A DNA stretch of 40,711 nucleotides from Octopus sinensis. Its lineage: Eukaryota. Made by a program: the position numbers and the translations under genes. The stretch is from assembly GCF_006345805.1 (NCBI RefSeq), contig NW_021835421.1, positions 1-40,711 of the forward strand. Reading direction: 5' to 3'. Of this stretch, positions 23,951 through 35,885 are shown piece after piece. Within the stretch, counting starts at the first letter, position 1. The number at the start of each line of letters is the position of its first letter. The notes under the pieces were generated by a model. It saw nothing but the letters and a program-made list of their open reading frames with translations, was not told where the DNA came from and ran no database searches.

Positions 23951-24179
23951 AGCATTATGAAGAATAGTAGCAGCTGCGGCGGTAATAGTAGTAGTTTTAT
24001 GTTACAGTAGGAAATTGGCAGTACTCATTTTTTTTCGCTTTTTTTTTTCGAAACCAACAATATAAAATCCCCAACCGGAAATAAACGTACGCAGTTGAGT
24101 ACAATACTGTAAAAACAAAGAAAAAGTGAGAAAAGAAACAGTAGAAATATAAAGGAAATTAACAACACTAAGCAACAAC

Positions 24180-24193
24180 AATAGTAGTAGTAT

Positions 24194-24240
<47 letters not shown>

Positions 24241-24443
24241 ATGGTAGTAGTGGTTGTGGTTGTTATTGTAGCATTATCAAGAGCAGCAGCAGTAATAGTT
24301 GTACTAGTATTATCAGAGGCAACAGCACCAGTAGCTGCAGTAGTAGTAGTAGCAGCAGCAGTAGTAGTAGTACTAGTAGCAGCAGCAGCAGTAGTAGTAG
24401 TACTAGTAGCAGCAGCAGCAGTAGCAGCAGCAGCAGCAGTAGC

Positions 24444-24497
<54 letters not shown>

Positions 24498-24510
24498 TGT
24501 AGTAGTAGCC
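24180..24510. repeat. Compound (GTA)n/(GCA)n microsatellite
   Basis: Source of the poly-V and poly-L ORFs. Confidence 0.95.
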
Positions 24511-24699
24511 TAGTCGCAGTTCGGTAGTGATAGAGGAGACCTATTATGGCAGATACTCTGACCGTAATTATTTTGTCTTTCTTACATTTGCAATAGTATA
24601 AACCGGATTGCTTCATCTAATGTAGCTTGCATCATGCGCTAATATGATGCGATGTGATTTGACTGAGATTTGATTTTCTAAGATTTGCACAAAAATGTG

Positions 24700-25040
24700 T
24701 TACAAAATAACAAACTATACTGCGGTAGTTTTGGTGAAAAATGCACTCTTGTTTATATCACTACGAGGAGATAAATCCCGCTACCTCCAGCGCCGAAACC
24801 AGTAGGTCTCAACGTTATTTGGTCTTGTCAAAGATGGATATTCGACCGCGTGATACAACAACGACTCATCTCTCTGCCAGCGATATATAGATTGTCAGTC
24901 GCAGAATAGGCGCTGCAGCCGCGATTAGCCAGTTAGCTTGTAAATATATGAATATTTATATATATTAGCGATGGAGGCCGCATTAATACCAAGAGGTAAT
25001 ATTCATCCCCACTTAAACGTTGATGTTCTATTAGAACAAA
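24700..25040. mobile_element. Fold-back MITE family fragment plus TIR stub
   Basis: tgcactcttgtttatatcact...gagataaatc and tttggtcttgtc match 29379-29478; TIR aatattcatccccacttaaacg at ~24998-25020. Confidence 0.6.
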
Positions 25041-25289
25041 GGTTTAAGACATTGTATTTGATGTTCTAGTGATTCTGTCTTTCCTTTGTTATTATTTCAT
25101 GATTAATGATTTCTCTTGTATGTTAATAATTCGATGTTTTTAAAACACTCGGGGCTCATCAAATAGTGCGTTCTGAGTAGAATGGTCTGAAAAGAGGTGA
25201 AAATTACCATTGCAATCATAAGTTAGCCTAACTGATACCTACATAGGCGAGTACAGCAAAAGATAAAAACAAATCATCTTCATCACAAT

Positions 25290-25435
25290 CGTCGTCGTCG
25301 TCGTCATCATCATCATCATCATCATCACTGCCACCATCACCACCACTGCCACCATCACCACTAGCACTAGCACCAGCACCAACACCAGCACCAGCATCAC
25401 CACCACCACCACTAACACCACCACCACCACCACCA
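25290..25435. repeat. Compound (TCG)/(CAT)/(CAC)n microsatellite
   Basis: Trinucleotide arrays. Confidence 0.9.
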
Positions 25436-26014
25436 TGTAATTGCCAATCAAGTGTGGCGTCCTATACAGGAGAGTGCTGCTGACGTTCAGAGCCCCATGA
25501 AGACATTCTTTTCCAGCTTGCTAACGACACACATTCTGTATCTGATTAGTATTTACGAGGGGAGGTCATCTCTAGCCTTACGTGATACACACGGACTCGA
25601 GTTTCTGGGTTGTTACCCGTCCTCACCGTGTGTTAACTACCAGTTAGTGATGAAAACCCATACCACTCGCAAAATACTATATGTTTTTTCCAGCAACAAA
25701 CTGTCACTAATCTCGAAAAAGGAGAAATAAGCAATATTAAATCTGTGAGCGAGATATAAACAGTGGCAATACGGAATCATAACATATAATTGCTTGAAAA
25801 ACTTAGAGGATGTAAACTCTGTCTTTCTTCAACTTCTCTTTTTCTCTACTCCCAGATGAAGGACTACATACCAAATGATGGATATTCTACTCACTGCAAG
25901 TTCACTGTACCACTTTCACTCCTCTCTATATTTTTTCAAGCCTTTCCGACGCAGAGCTACACAAGATTCCCTGTAGTTTGCCTGATTATATATACAGACA
26001 TACATATATATAAG

Positions 26015-26150
26015 GGACTTCTTTCTGTTTCCGTCCATCAAATCCACTGATAAGGCTCTGGTCAGCCCTTGTCTAGAGCGGAAGACACTTGGCTAAGATG
26101 TCACATAGAGGAATCGAACCCGGAATCATGTGGCTGGAAAGTAAACTTCC
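26015..26150 (-). mobile_element. SINE family A, degenerate
   Basis: ttctttctgtttccgtc...aaatccact...gaagacacttgg...gaacccgga. Confidence 0.75.
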
Positions 26151-26219
26151 TCTCTCTCTCTCTCTCCCCTCCTCCTTCTATCTATAAATATATATATATA
26201 TATACTTACTTTTACTTTT

Positions 26220-26617
26220 ACATGTTTCAGTCATTTGACTACGGCCATACTGGAGCACCGCCTTTAGTCGAGCAAATCGACCCCAGGAATTATTCTTTGT
26301 AAGCCCAGTACTTATTCTATCGGTCTCTTTTGCCGAACCGCTAAGTGACGGAGACATAAACACACCAGAATCGGTTGTCAAGCAATGCTACGGGGACAAA
26401 CACACACACACACAAACACACACATATACACACATATATATATATATATATACACGACAGGCTTCTTTCAGTTTCCGTCAACCAAATCCACTCACAAGGC
26501 ATTGGTCACCCCGGGGCTATAGCAGAAGACACTTGGCCAAGATGCCACGCAGTCGGACTGAAGCCGGAACCATGTGGCTGGTTAGCAAGCTACTTACCAC
26601 ATAGCCACACCTGCGCC
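26220..26617 (-). mobile_element. Composite SINE (family A head, microsatellite, 3' module)
   Basis: Reverse complement of the 19172-19565 organisation. Confidence 0.9.
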
Positions 26618-26635
26618 TATATATATATATATAGG

Positions 26636-27980
26636 ATATGAATTAGAGATAAAACCACTATTAGGCAACTCAAACAGTGATAGATATAAACCAATACATG
26701 ACTAACAAATAATATAAATATAATTAATATAATATAACATATATATATATATGAAATTTAAAATTTAAATTTAAAAATTTAAAAAATTTTTTTATTTTTT
26801 AAATTAAACATTTTTTAAATTTTTTAAATTAAAAAAAAATTATAAAAGTATAAAAAGAATGATAAACATAATATAATAAGTAAAAACAACACGTACGTTT
26901 CATGGCTATAATTAAATTCGAATTACAATTAAGTCTAAATTCAATTGAAATAAATTCAAACAAAAATTATCGTCAATCTTCAGGTTAATGATAATAGTTA
27001 AATAAATAAGCAATTAGAGTTAAACAATATTTTTTAAGAAATAAATAAAACAATAATTTTTCTTATAAAAAAAACTCCAATGGCTAAAAGAGAAACTTAA
27101 AACATTAGGATTATGTCATACAACCCATTTATTATGTTAAATATTTATTTTTAAGGTAAAAAGAATAGATAGAAAATGTATTTATCTATGAAGATATAAT
27201 ATGCCTTTTAAAAAAAAAACATAATAAACTCAAGAATATCCTTAACTCAGTTATAGTCCAATATTTAATTACCAAATAATTTAACAAAATAATCACTATT
27301 CATATTTTTAGATTTAAGTTCACATCTAATAATATAAAATATTTTAAAATAATAACTAAATTATTATCAACCAATATAGCAATTAAAATCTAAAATTTTC
27401 TCTATCAATAAATATATAGACATATAATGAAAAATATATAAATTAATTAATCCATTATTACTTACATAAATATTAAATATTAATATAATATATTTATGAA
27501 ATACATTAAAAAATTAAAGATTAAAAATCAAATTATAAACGTATAACCTATCTTAAAAGAACCGTGTAACTATTTTACGATCTATATATCTCGTTGGCTA
27601 AGTAATATCTTACAAATAATAATTAAATACATATCATCAACCACGAAATAATTATAGAATCAAATTAACAATCAGTAGTTATATAGTATACAATACAACA
27701 CAATAAAACTTATTAAAATATCTTAAATAGAAAAGGTTTACTTAGCTTTCAAAAATCGTGTCATTAACTAAAATTTTAAAACGGAAAACGAAATTTAAAA
27801 AAAAATAAATAAAAAAAATTTTAAATTTGAAAAAATTAAAGTTTTAAATTTTATATATATTATATATATATATATATTATATATTATATTAATTATATTT
27901 ATATTATTTGTTAGTCATGTATTGGTTTATGTCTATCACTGTTTGAGTTGCCTAATAGTGGTTTTATCTCTAATTCATAT
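26636..27980 (-). mobile_element. Inverted-repeat-bounded, extremely AT-rich element (probable decayed PLE 3' part)
   Basis: 87-bp inverted repeats 26636-26722 / 27894-27980 with one mismatch. Minus strand has a decayed hammerhead (CTGAAGA at 26983-26977 ... GAA ACGTACGT G) and faint GIY-YIG-order remnants. Confidence 0.6.
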
Positions 27981-28075
27981 TTTATATATTTATACTGTGA
28001 AATTTGATTTAATCCTAAATCTAATTTTTCCCTGTAAGTTTGAAGCCATACTCCCTAATATTATCTATATATATA

Positions 28076-28128
<53 letters not shown>

Positions 28129-28169
28129 AACACATACTTACATACATTCTTTTATTATTTTACTCATTT

Positions 28170-28500
28170 CGTCCATACTGGAGCACCGCCCTAATGGCTT
28201 TTAATCGAAGAAATCGACACCAGGACTTATTCTTTGTGAGCCGAGTACTTATTCTGTCGGTTCTTTTGCTGCACCGTTATTTTATAAGGACATAAACACA
28301 CCAGCATTAATACACACACACACACGTACACACATATATGCGACGGGCTTCTTTCAGTTTCCGTCTACCAAATCCACTCACAAGGTTTTTGTTGGTCCGA
28401 GGCTATGGTAGAAAACACTTGCCCAAGGTGCCACACAATGAGATTGAACCCGGATCTATTTGAAATGGAAGTAAGTCTCTAACCACACAGTCACGCATGC
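28170..28500 (-). mobile_element. Composite SINE (family A), older copy
   Basis: ctggagcaccgcc...gacttattctttgtgag and ttctttcagtttccgtctaccaaatccactcacaagg. Confidence 0.85.
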
Positions 28501-28719
28501 GCCTATATGTTAAAACATATTGAAAGCATCCAGAATTTCCGTGTCATCATCTAGAATCTTTAAGGGCTTTTTTTAATGTAAAGCATGCAAAAATCAACGT
28601 TTGTATTTAAAATTAATTGGGAACATAATAGTATGTTTTTCTTTAATTTTATTTGAAACAAAAATAAATACATTTGAAGGACGAGATCTTTATTGTTTCA
28701 ATTTTCAGGGTTACTCTGC

Positions 28720-28900
28720 AACTTGTACCCAAGATCCCATCACATTCAAACGAAACCTGTACAAATTTCTTCAAGGGATACCAGATAACCCACCTATACC
28801 TGTTTACATCTTAGTCAAAAATATCTCCCAACTTGATTGAACCACGATGCCACAAAACATGACTTAGCATATTCTATGAGGTGAAGCCATTAAGTTAATC
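28720..28900 (+). mobile_element. CR1-clade LINE extreme 3' end
   Basis: TFKRNLYKFLQGIPDNPPIPVY...SQLD* matches the CR1 terminal FKxxLDKFLxxIPDxP motif. Confidence 0.7.
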
Positions 28901-29309
28901 ATTTCTTGGGTCAATCTTAGGCCGAATCATATCTAAATTATCTTATACTGATATAAGCTTCATATAAGTTTTAAAGACGGAGACATATTTGCAGGAAAGG
29001 TAGTACTTGAGTTCCACATGCCTAAGCAGCTGATCATGGAAAGGACCGACTCAAGGCGCTTGCGTGTTCCATAGATCCGAAAGAGCGTTATATCAGTATG
29101 ACACATAATGTCTGATATAGTTTATAGACTTACCATTCATCTTCCTGTCCAAAAAAAAGAGCATTTTCAAACAGGAAAAGGTCTTCAAGTAAGAATATAG
29201 CCGAGAGACACATCTCAGTGCAGAGTTCCAATTCAACAATGGAAATGGAAAATTTACGTTAATACTTGCAATCTGCAATTTCCTTTATATTATATATATA
29301 TATATATAT

Positions 29310-29871
29310 ATACTGTATTCATAAACTATGTGGTAGCCACCACGAGAAAAACCTTCACATTGGAATTTTGGTGCAAAATGCACACTCTTGCTTATATCAC
29401 TAACGGGGAGATAAATCTCTATTATCGTTACTACCGAGATCAGCAGATCACGTGATTTCGACACCGTTTGGTCTTGTCTATGAGGGATACTCGAGTGCTA
29501 GAGACAGATTCATCAACTCTCGCTATTAATATCGTCTCTGTCGCCAGTATGTATTTTATATTTTTGAAGCTAACTGGCTAATCGCGACTCCTGTACGTGT
29601 TCTGGTACTGTCAATCTATATATTGCTGGCGGAGAGTTGATTCCCTACTGTCTCTATCTGTCGAGTGTTCATTATTGACGAGACCAAACAAGGTCGAAAT
29701 CATCTGATCTTGTGGCCATGGCGCTGGTGTTATCGGGGATTTATATATCAGCTAGCGATATAAACAAGAGTGCATATTACGTCAAAAAAGCTAATATGAG
29801 AATTTCTCTCATGGTATCTACTGGAGTATAATAATAACAGAACATCCCATGTTTAAGTGGGGATAAATATT
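29310..29871. mobile_element. Fold-back (long inverted arm) MITE-like element
   Basis: Arms 29379-29416 / 29738-29774 and 29445-29478 / 29677-29710 are imperfect reverse complements; right TIR tttaagtggggataaatatt. Confidence 0.7.
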
Positions 29872-29989
29872 GAATTCAATGAAGATTACTTAAAAATGGA
29901 TAGTCAGACAAAGCAATCATAAAATTATTACCTGTATGAATTTGGTTATTCCGACGTTATCTCCAGGTGATAACTGCTTCACGTTCCAA

Positions 29990-31160
29990 GAATGTGGTAC
30001 TGCAGAAAATAGAGGAGAGTTCAGGGTGAAATTGTGTATTATGCTGAAACTTGAAGATTCTTGCATATGACTAGAAGTATTGGAAAACTACAATGAATTT
30101 AAGATCAATTCAGAAAATACTTCAACGTTTAGAATGCCCTCAAGACTTTGAGAAATATTTGCAGCTATTTGTGTCTTTTGTAATCCTCAAATGTCATTCA
30201 GTTTTGGATGTCTTTCAGAGAACAATTTGATTGAAGATCGTTTACATAGAGGATAAGAAAGAAAAGACGCGGAAAACTAAACGTCTCTCTTCAGGCGATA
30301 AATCAACTTTTAATCGAAAATGGAATACTTTGTCGGTGAACAGAAACGTTGGAGAGACTTTCGGGATATAAACGAACGAGAACTTATTTAGATATTTTAA
30401 ATAGTCTGAATAAAGAACAATAAATAATTGCAAATGTAGTGACAGATGCAGTTGAAAAGGCGAGGAGTACTCCATAATGGAGTTGCTTTTATATCGCTGC
30501 TTGCAGGGGAAGTGCTAAAACTTATCAAATGAATATTATCATTTCTTGTCTTATGAGTCACAATTTAATAGTGACAAGTGCTGCATGGACAGCTGTTACT
30601 ACTATACCACTGTTAGGTGTGAGATGTTTAATTGATGTAAGTACTTGTGACATTTCTCCTACATTAAGCCAGTGAGATGGCAGAATTATTAGCGCGTCAA
30701 GAAAAATGCTTAGCAGCATTTCGTCCTTTCCTACGTTCTGGGATCAAATGAGTACCAGTTGAGCACTGAGGTCAATGTAATCGGCTTACTCCCCTTCCCG
30801 AAATTGCTGGAGTGAACCAAAATTTGAAATCAATAATTCTCTTACATAAGTCTAATTGAGGAACCAAGACTTAATTATCATTGATGAAGAAGTCATTATA
30901 CCCAAATTAGCCATTCTTGTGATGGATAAATACTCTCAAGATATTGGTATCAACTATATACGTCGGAGAATGATTAGCCAATATTACAGACCATGTTACC
31001 TACTATTCCACGGCTGTCGCCTAGATTTGTTTTGTTTATGAATACCTCAAATGATCACATCTCTGGCAACATTCAATATCGCTTAAATTCAAAATATCCG
31101 AGTCACAGAAACAGAGGCTTGGCAAATTTGTTGCTTCTGCTTGGAAATCAAATTAGTGTT
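29990..31160 (+). mobile_element. Helitron Rep/Helicase remnant (PIF1-family helicase region)
   Basis: Hand translation gives MPSRL*EIFAAICVFCNP...LIEDRLHRG, LNKEQ, CFYIAACRGSAKTY (decayed Walker A GGSGKT), SAAWT, LIIIDE (Walker B), MLPTIPR and LLLLGN, in Helitron RepHel order. Confidence 0.85.
30690..30840 (+). mobile_element. SINE family C fragment inserted in the Helitron
   Basis: aaatgcttagcagcatttcgtc...gagtaccagttgagcactgaggtcaatgtaatcg. Confidence 0.7.
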
Positions 31161-32084
31161 AATTGGGCAGTATTCAATTGAATTACCCAGCTCATTTACT
31201 GCATCTGGTATGCTGCCACAGATTAAATTTTAAAATATGCTCATCATGTAATTTTCTGCAATTAATTTGTAATGGAAGAAAACTAGAAATTGTTACTTTA
31301 CATTGTAAATGCAATGAAAGTTTCTTTATAAGTGGTGTTTGATATCTATTGATTGAAGTTTAAATCTATTGATTGAAGTTTAAATTTTTTAAATCTATAA
31401 GATTATCTTTATTTAATGCCAATTAATAAAACACACGGTCAAATATTTAATAAGAGAGGGATTTAAATACCCCACTAATACATGTACATAAATAGTTAGT
31501 TATATGTTGCATATAAAGCGAAAAAATTAGCTCAAAATTTTGGGGTAGTTAACGCCAAAAAGTAATGAAAACAAAAAAAAAAAAGAAAGAAAGAAAGTAC
31601 CACTTGAAACGTTGTTACGCAGTATTAAATCAATTTATGAAAATGACCATTAATGACAAAATGAGTCTAATGACCAACGATGTGATAATTATTCTGGTAT
31701 AACAATGTAATGACGGCAATGTAATTAAATATTGATTTTAATTGATTTTTTCCCCCTTTTTCCAAATAATATTCATTCTATAAGTTGTTGTCATCGACAT
31801 AAGTTTGTATTCATGCAGTTAATCCGTGGCGAGTGATTGAGCCTCTTCACCCTTATGAGTGCGAAAGGTGCCAGTGCCTGAGGTGGCTGTTCAGGCCTAG
31901 GGTGGTATAGAAGAATCTGAAGCATTTATTGGAGAATAGAGTTGACAGGGACGAGAATGTACGAGTCGTACTTTGCGTCTACGACGTCTGATTTCTGCTT
32001 CTTGACGTTTGTTATTTTCCATCTGGTCTTCCTTCAAGGTTTGCTTCTCAATCATGTAGTTTTGGGTACAGCCTCATTGCGTGA

Positions 32085-32160
32085 CATCTGCTATAGCTTT
32101 GGGTCGATCAAAGCCTTGTGAGTGGATTTGGTAGACAGAAACTGAAAGAAGTCTATCATA
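32085..32160 (+). mobile_element. SINE family A 3' fragment
   Basis: aaagccttgtgagtggatttggtagacagaaactgaaagaag. Confidence 0.8.
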
Positions 32161-32289
32161 TATACATACATATATATGCATACATATATACATGCATACA
32201 TACATAAATATATACATCCACACAAACACACACACACACGCACGCACGCACACACACACAAACATACACTCACACACACACATAAATAC

Positions 32290-32715
32290 ACGACTGCACG
32301 TTGGGCGGTACTTAGCGATTGTGTCCAGATATTTGGGTCAATACAACAGCGGAGGAGGCTGTCCTTGGGAGTGGTATCAGAAACCGAGTTTGAGAGTCCC
32401 GTGTGGACTGTTCGGACCAAAGTGGTATCGAATAGCCGGGAGCATTTATCGCTATAGAGGGTTGCGAGGACAAGGAATTGCGAGTCACTCTTAGCATCTT
32501 TGACATCTGATCTTCTTGTCTGTTATTTTCCATCAACTCCATTTCATTGACGATGTCATGGAGCCATTTTGGGTGGTCCTTGGCAATTATCTCCCAGGTA
32601 TTTGGGTCAGTGCAGCGGAAGAGTGTGGCTTTTAGCTGGTCCCGGTAACGGAATTTGGATGCTACACGTGGTGTGGTGCTCGAGGCCTTCTCTTCAAAGA
32701 GTTCGCGAGGGAGAC
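32290..32715 (-). mobile_element. Two tandem RTE-type 3' fragments
   Basis: FRYRDQLKATLFRCTDPNTWEIIAKDHPKW followed by a second copy, KDSLLRCCIDPNIW. Confidence 0.7.
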
Positions 32716-32749
32716 GTGTTTCAAATATGCATATACATTATACATAGTT

Positions 32750-35420
32750 TGTTAACTAGTTCTCCCTCTAATCTGTTTCTTTCTATTGCTAAATCTTTGC
32801 TAAACCCTATCGATTCTACTCTTATCGCTCTCTTCAGAGCGATCCACCACCAGTTGCTGACGATTTCCCCCGTAAACTATCAGTTAACTATTTCGTTAAT
32901 CCGGTTCCTGTAGTCTTTGCATACTGGTATGGACGCATTCCACTTCCAGTAACCGGATCCCTGTCCTATCTGAATCGACTGTGCATATCAAAAATTTGCG
33001 ATTTGTGTAGCCGACCAATTTGAATTGTGGACAACCTATGCTATCCCTATCTTCTGACATAACAAATACTCTATCTAAATACGATCTGAATGACCCGCTG
33101 TGGTTACACCATGTCCACACTGGCATATCAGAGAATTCCAGTCGGTACCTGTCTGGAAATCCCTGAGCAGGTTTCCGAGGCTTTTACACCCACTTCTGCT
33201 ACTTACTAAACCACATAGTCCTTCCGTACGTCCAAAATACTATTGCAGTTCCCCCACTAGTACTAAAGTGCGAGACGTTCTCAAGAATGTTTCTAGACGC
33301 CTGAAAAAATTTGACCTTCTAGCTCCTCTTGGGACATAAACCTCCACTAGTCTAAAGGCGCCACCTTCGCTGCCGTTCACGTCCAGGACCATCACCCTAC
33401 CATCCAGATCTAGGAAGATAGCCTATACTTGGAGACCTAAGGATTTACGGAGTAACACTGCTACACCGCCCCCCGCCCCCGAACACCTCGTAGTCCTCGA
33501 AAATGGATGCTAGAGCGTGTTTTCCGGAGATCATTGTTTCACTAATGGCAGCCACATTTAAATCAAGCGATCTGAGATCATTGAGTAAGTGACCTTGCTT
33601 CCAAGCTGATCCTAGGCCACGCACATTCACACCATTCTCAGCACAATCATGCTAATCACAGAAAGTAAAGGAGGAGGTTATTCACCTTGGTTTTCGAGAA
33701 GACCAGAAGTTCCGAAACTCTTTACTGGCGATTATTTTTTAAAAGACCTTCCAACTGCTTTTTATCAACTGTTTTTTAAAAAATCCCCACACTACATGGA
33801 AATTTTTCTCATGGTTATATAAATGTTAATTAAGGGTCTGTACGGAGCGGGGGTTGGGGTTGAAATATTCAAATTCCTTTCCCTCGGTCTCTATTTTCTT
33901 TATTTTTTACTTATAATATCCACCAATTCACTGTTGCACTTGTTCACAACGTTGAAATTGATGGATACATTTCGACAACAGTCTGATGGATATTCTTGTT
34001 TTTTAAGTTCCGCTATTGGTTGTTTTTGTGTTTTTGTGGTTTCATGCTGTTGTTGATGTTGCTGTTTTTGAAGTTATTGTTCTTGTTCTTGTTTTTGCTG
34101 GAGTGGTTGTTAAATTGTGTTGCAGTTGTGGTTTCTCTATATCTTTTTGTTGAGTACTTAGAGCAGGGCTGAGTACTATCCTCCTCTTTTAACTACCCCC
34201 TTCTGTCACAGTGATCCATTGTCCATTCAGCTCTTCTTTCTCCATATCATTGCCGTAGATGTTGGTTTGGGAGGCAGAGCGTTCAGGAAAAGGTTGTTTT
34301 CTCGTGGCATCGATGGTGTAGACTCCTTCTTTGTGTTGGTTTGGGCATGGATATGGGCGTTGGTGTGGTTGTAGTTGCAGGAGTCTTGAAGACTTATTCC
34401 TGATTTTGAGTTTGTGGTGTTTGTAGTGTTGGCAGTAGTGAGAGTTTAGTTTTCCTTATTTCGGGGTAGAAAGCTTTTAAGGGAGTTACAAAACCATTCA
34501 TGTGGCATGTTGGCTTTCTACCCTCCGCTAAGACTGACAGGTAAGTACTATCCGGGAGATCAATTAGATCATGCAGGTAGTCTGTATGGACTTGCTTACA
34601 TTGTAAGGTCAGTTCCATACCTATACCTGACAAGTTTTGTTTTAGTATTTTCTTGACGTCCAAGATTGTGTCGTCTTCTTCATCTAAACCTGCCAAGACG
34701 GCCGCCACTAACCAGAGAATGGATATTTCTGGTATCCCGTTCAGCATCCTAACCTTAGCAAGGCGTTCGCCGCGATAACTGGAGATTAAGAAGTTTTCAC
34801 TCCTGAAAGTGGTCGCAGAATGAAATATGACTTCTTCACTCCCAAATCTCACCTCAATAGTTCAAAACTTCTTTCCTCGAGTTATATTGGTCTCCTGTTT
34901 CCATACGCGCCCAAGGCAATTTTGTATTTCACGCTCAGACGCATTTTTCACCCGCCGAAATTAATCTCCTATGCAGCGGTATGTGACTGTAAATCCCCAG
35001 ATACTCTCTATTACGTTGGAAGCGACACTTCTCTCATTCCTTTTGACAATGTCCCATGCTATTTTAAAATCTTCTTCGTCTATGCGGAAATTTTCCAAAT
35101 TTCTCGCTGCAATCGCAAAAGAGATCATTGTAGCGGAGGTGGCTGTGGCGGCGTGGCGATATTCGCGTTTTTGTTTCATTTCTTTAGTATTGTTGTTGCT
35201 GTTGATGATTTTCTTGTTCATGTTGTTGTTGTTGTTGTCACTGCTGCTGCTACTGTTGTCATCGTCGTCGTCACCGAAGATTTTGACGTTGCTTAGAGAC
35301 GAAACAGTATTCGCCTCAGTGACGTCATTAAGTGTAGCCCATTCTACATCTTTGTTCTCATTTTTCTCTGACAATGATCTCGTTGTCGAACAATATTATG
35401 GCTTCTTTATCCGCCATCTT
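32750..35420 (-). mobile_element. L1/Tx1-like LINE, ORF1 plus AP endonuclease, 3' part missing
   Basis: ORF1 remnants 35417-34394 with EGRKPTCH (decayed zinc knuckle); ORF2 from ~33650 with NVRGL, ISET, VYVP, GDCNSILD, WTW...SYLDRVFV and GYWKWNASI. No RT seen. Confidence 0.8.
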
Positions 35421-35639
35421 TAATTAATTAAGCAAAATTGCAAAATATTTGCTATTGCCGAAAGTAGTTAAATTTTGAAAAGTATTGATGCGCACCGCCT
35501 GCAATACAGGCGGTGTTTCTACACAAAAATATTGCATGGCATATAAGGCTACTTCTGGCTCGATGTTAGCATTTGTTTCTTTTCCAACTGTCTAATCTGC
35601 TGAGTATATATGAAAACAACAATAATAATCCTTTCTACA

Positions 35640-35822
35640 AAACTGCACAAGGCCTGAAATTTTAGGGGAAAGGACCAGTGTTTTACTGGTACTTAATTTA
35701 TCGACCCCGAAAGGATGAAATGCAAAGCTGACTTCTGGAATTTGAACTCAGAATGAAACGATGGGCGACATATCGCTAAGCATTCCGTCCTGCGTGCTAA
35801 CGATTTTGCCAGCTCACCACCT
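35640..35822 (-). mobile_element. SINE family C
   Basis: tactggtacttaatttatcgaccccgaaaggatgaaa...ccagctcaccac. Confidence 0.85.
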
Positions 35823-35885
35823 TAAAAAAAAAAATAATGATGATGATGAGGAGGAGGATGATAATAATAATCATATGCTAATATT

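Noticed and set aside
25820-25900. Strong pyrimidine tract followed by AG-ATG, suggesting a coding exon
   Set aside because: No downstream donor site or recognisable protein; it could equally be a decayed retroelement end.
26900-27800. Mitochondrial insertion (NUMT) suggested by AT richness and strand skew
   Set aside because: No recognisable mitochondrial gene or rRNA motif; the inverted arms and hammerhead remnant favour a PLE origin. A blastn against octopus mtDNA would settle it.
13926-31615. Shared 14-mer taccacttgaaacg near 13928 and 31598
   Set aside because: Too short, and the flanks do not align convincingly.
32824-32846. Minus-strand CTGAAGA within a small hairpin
   Set aside because: It lies in L1 coding sequence with no GAAA or stem III.
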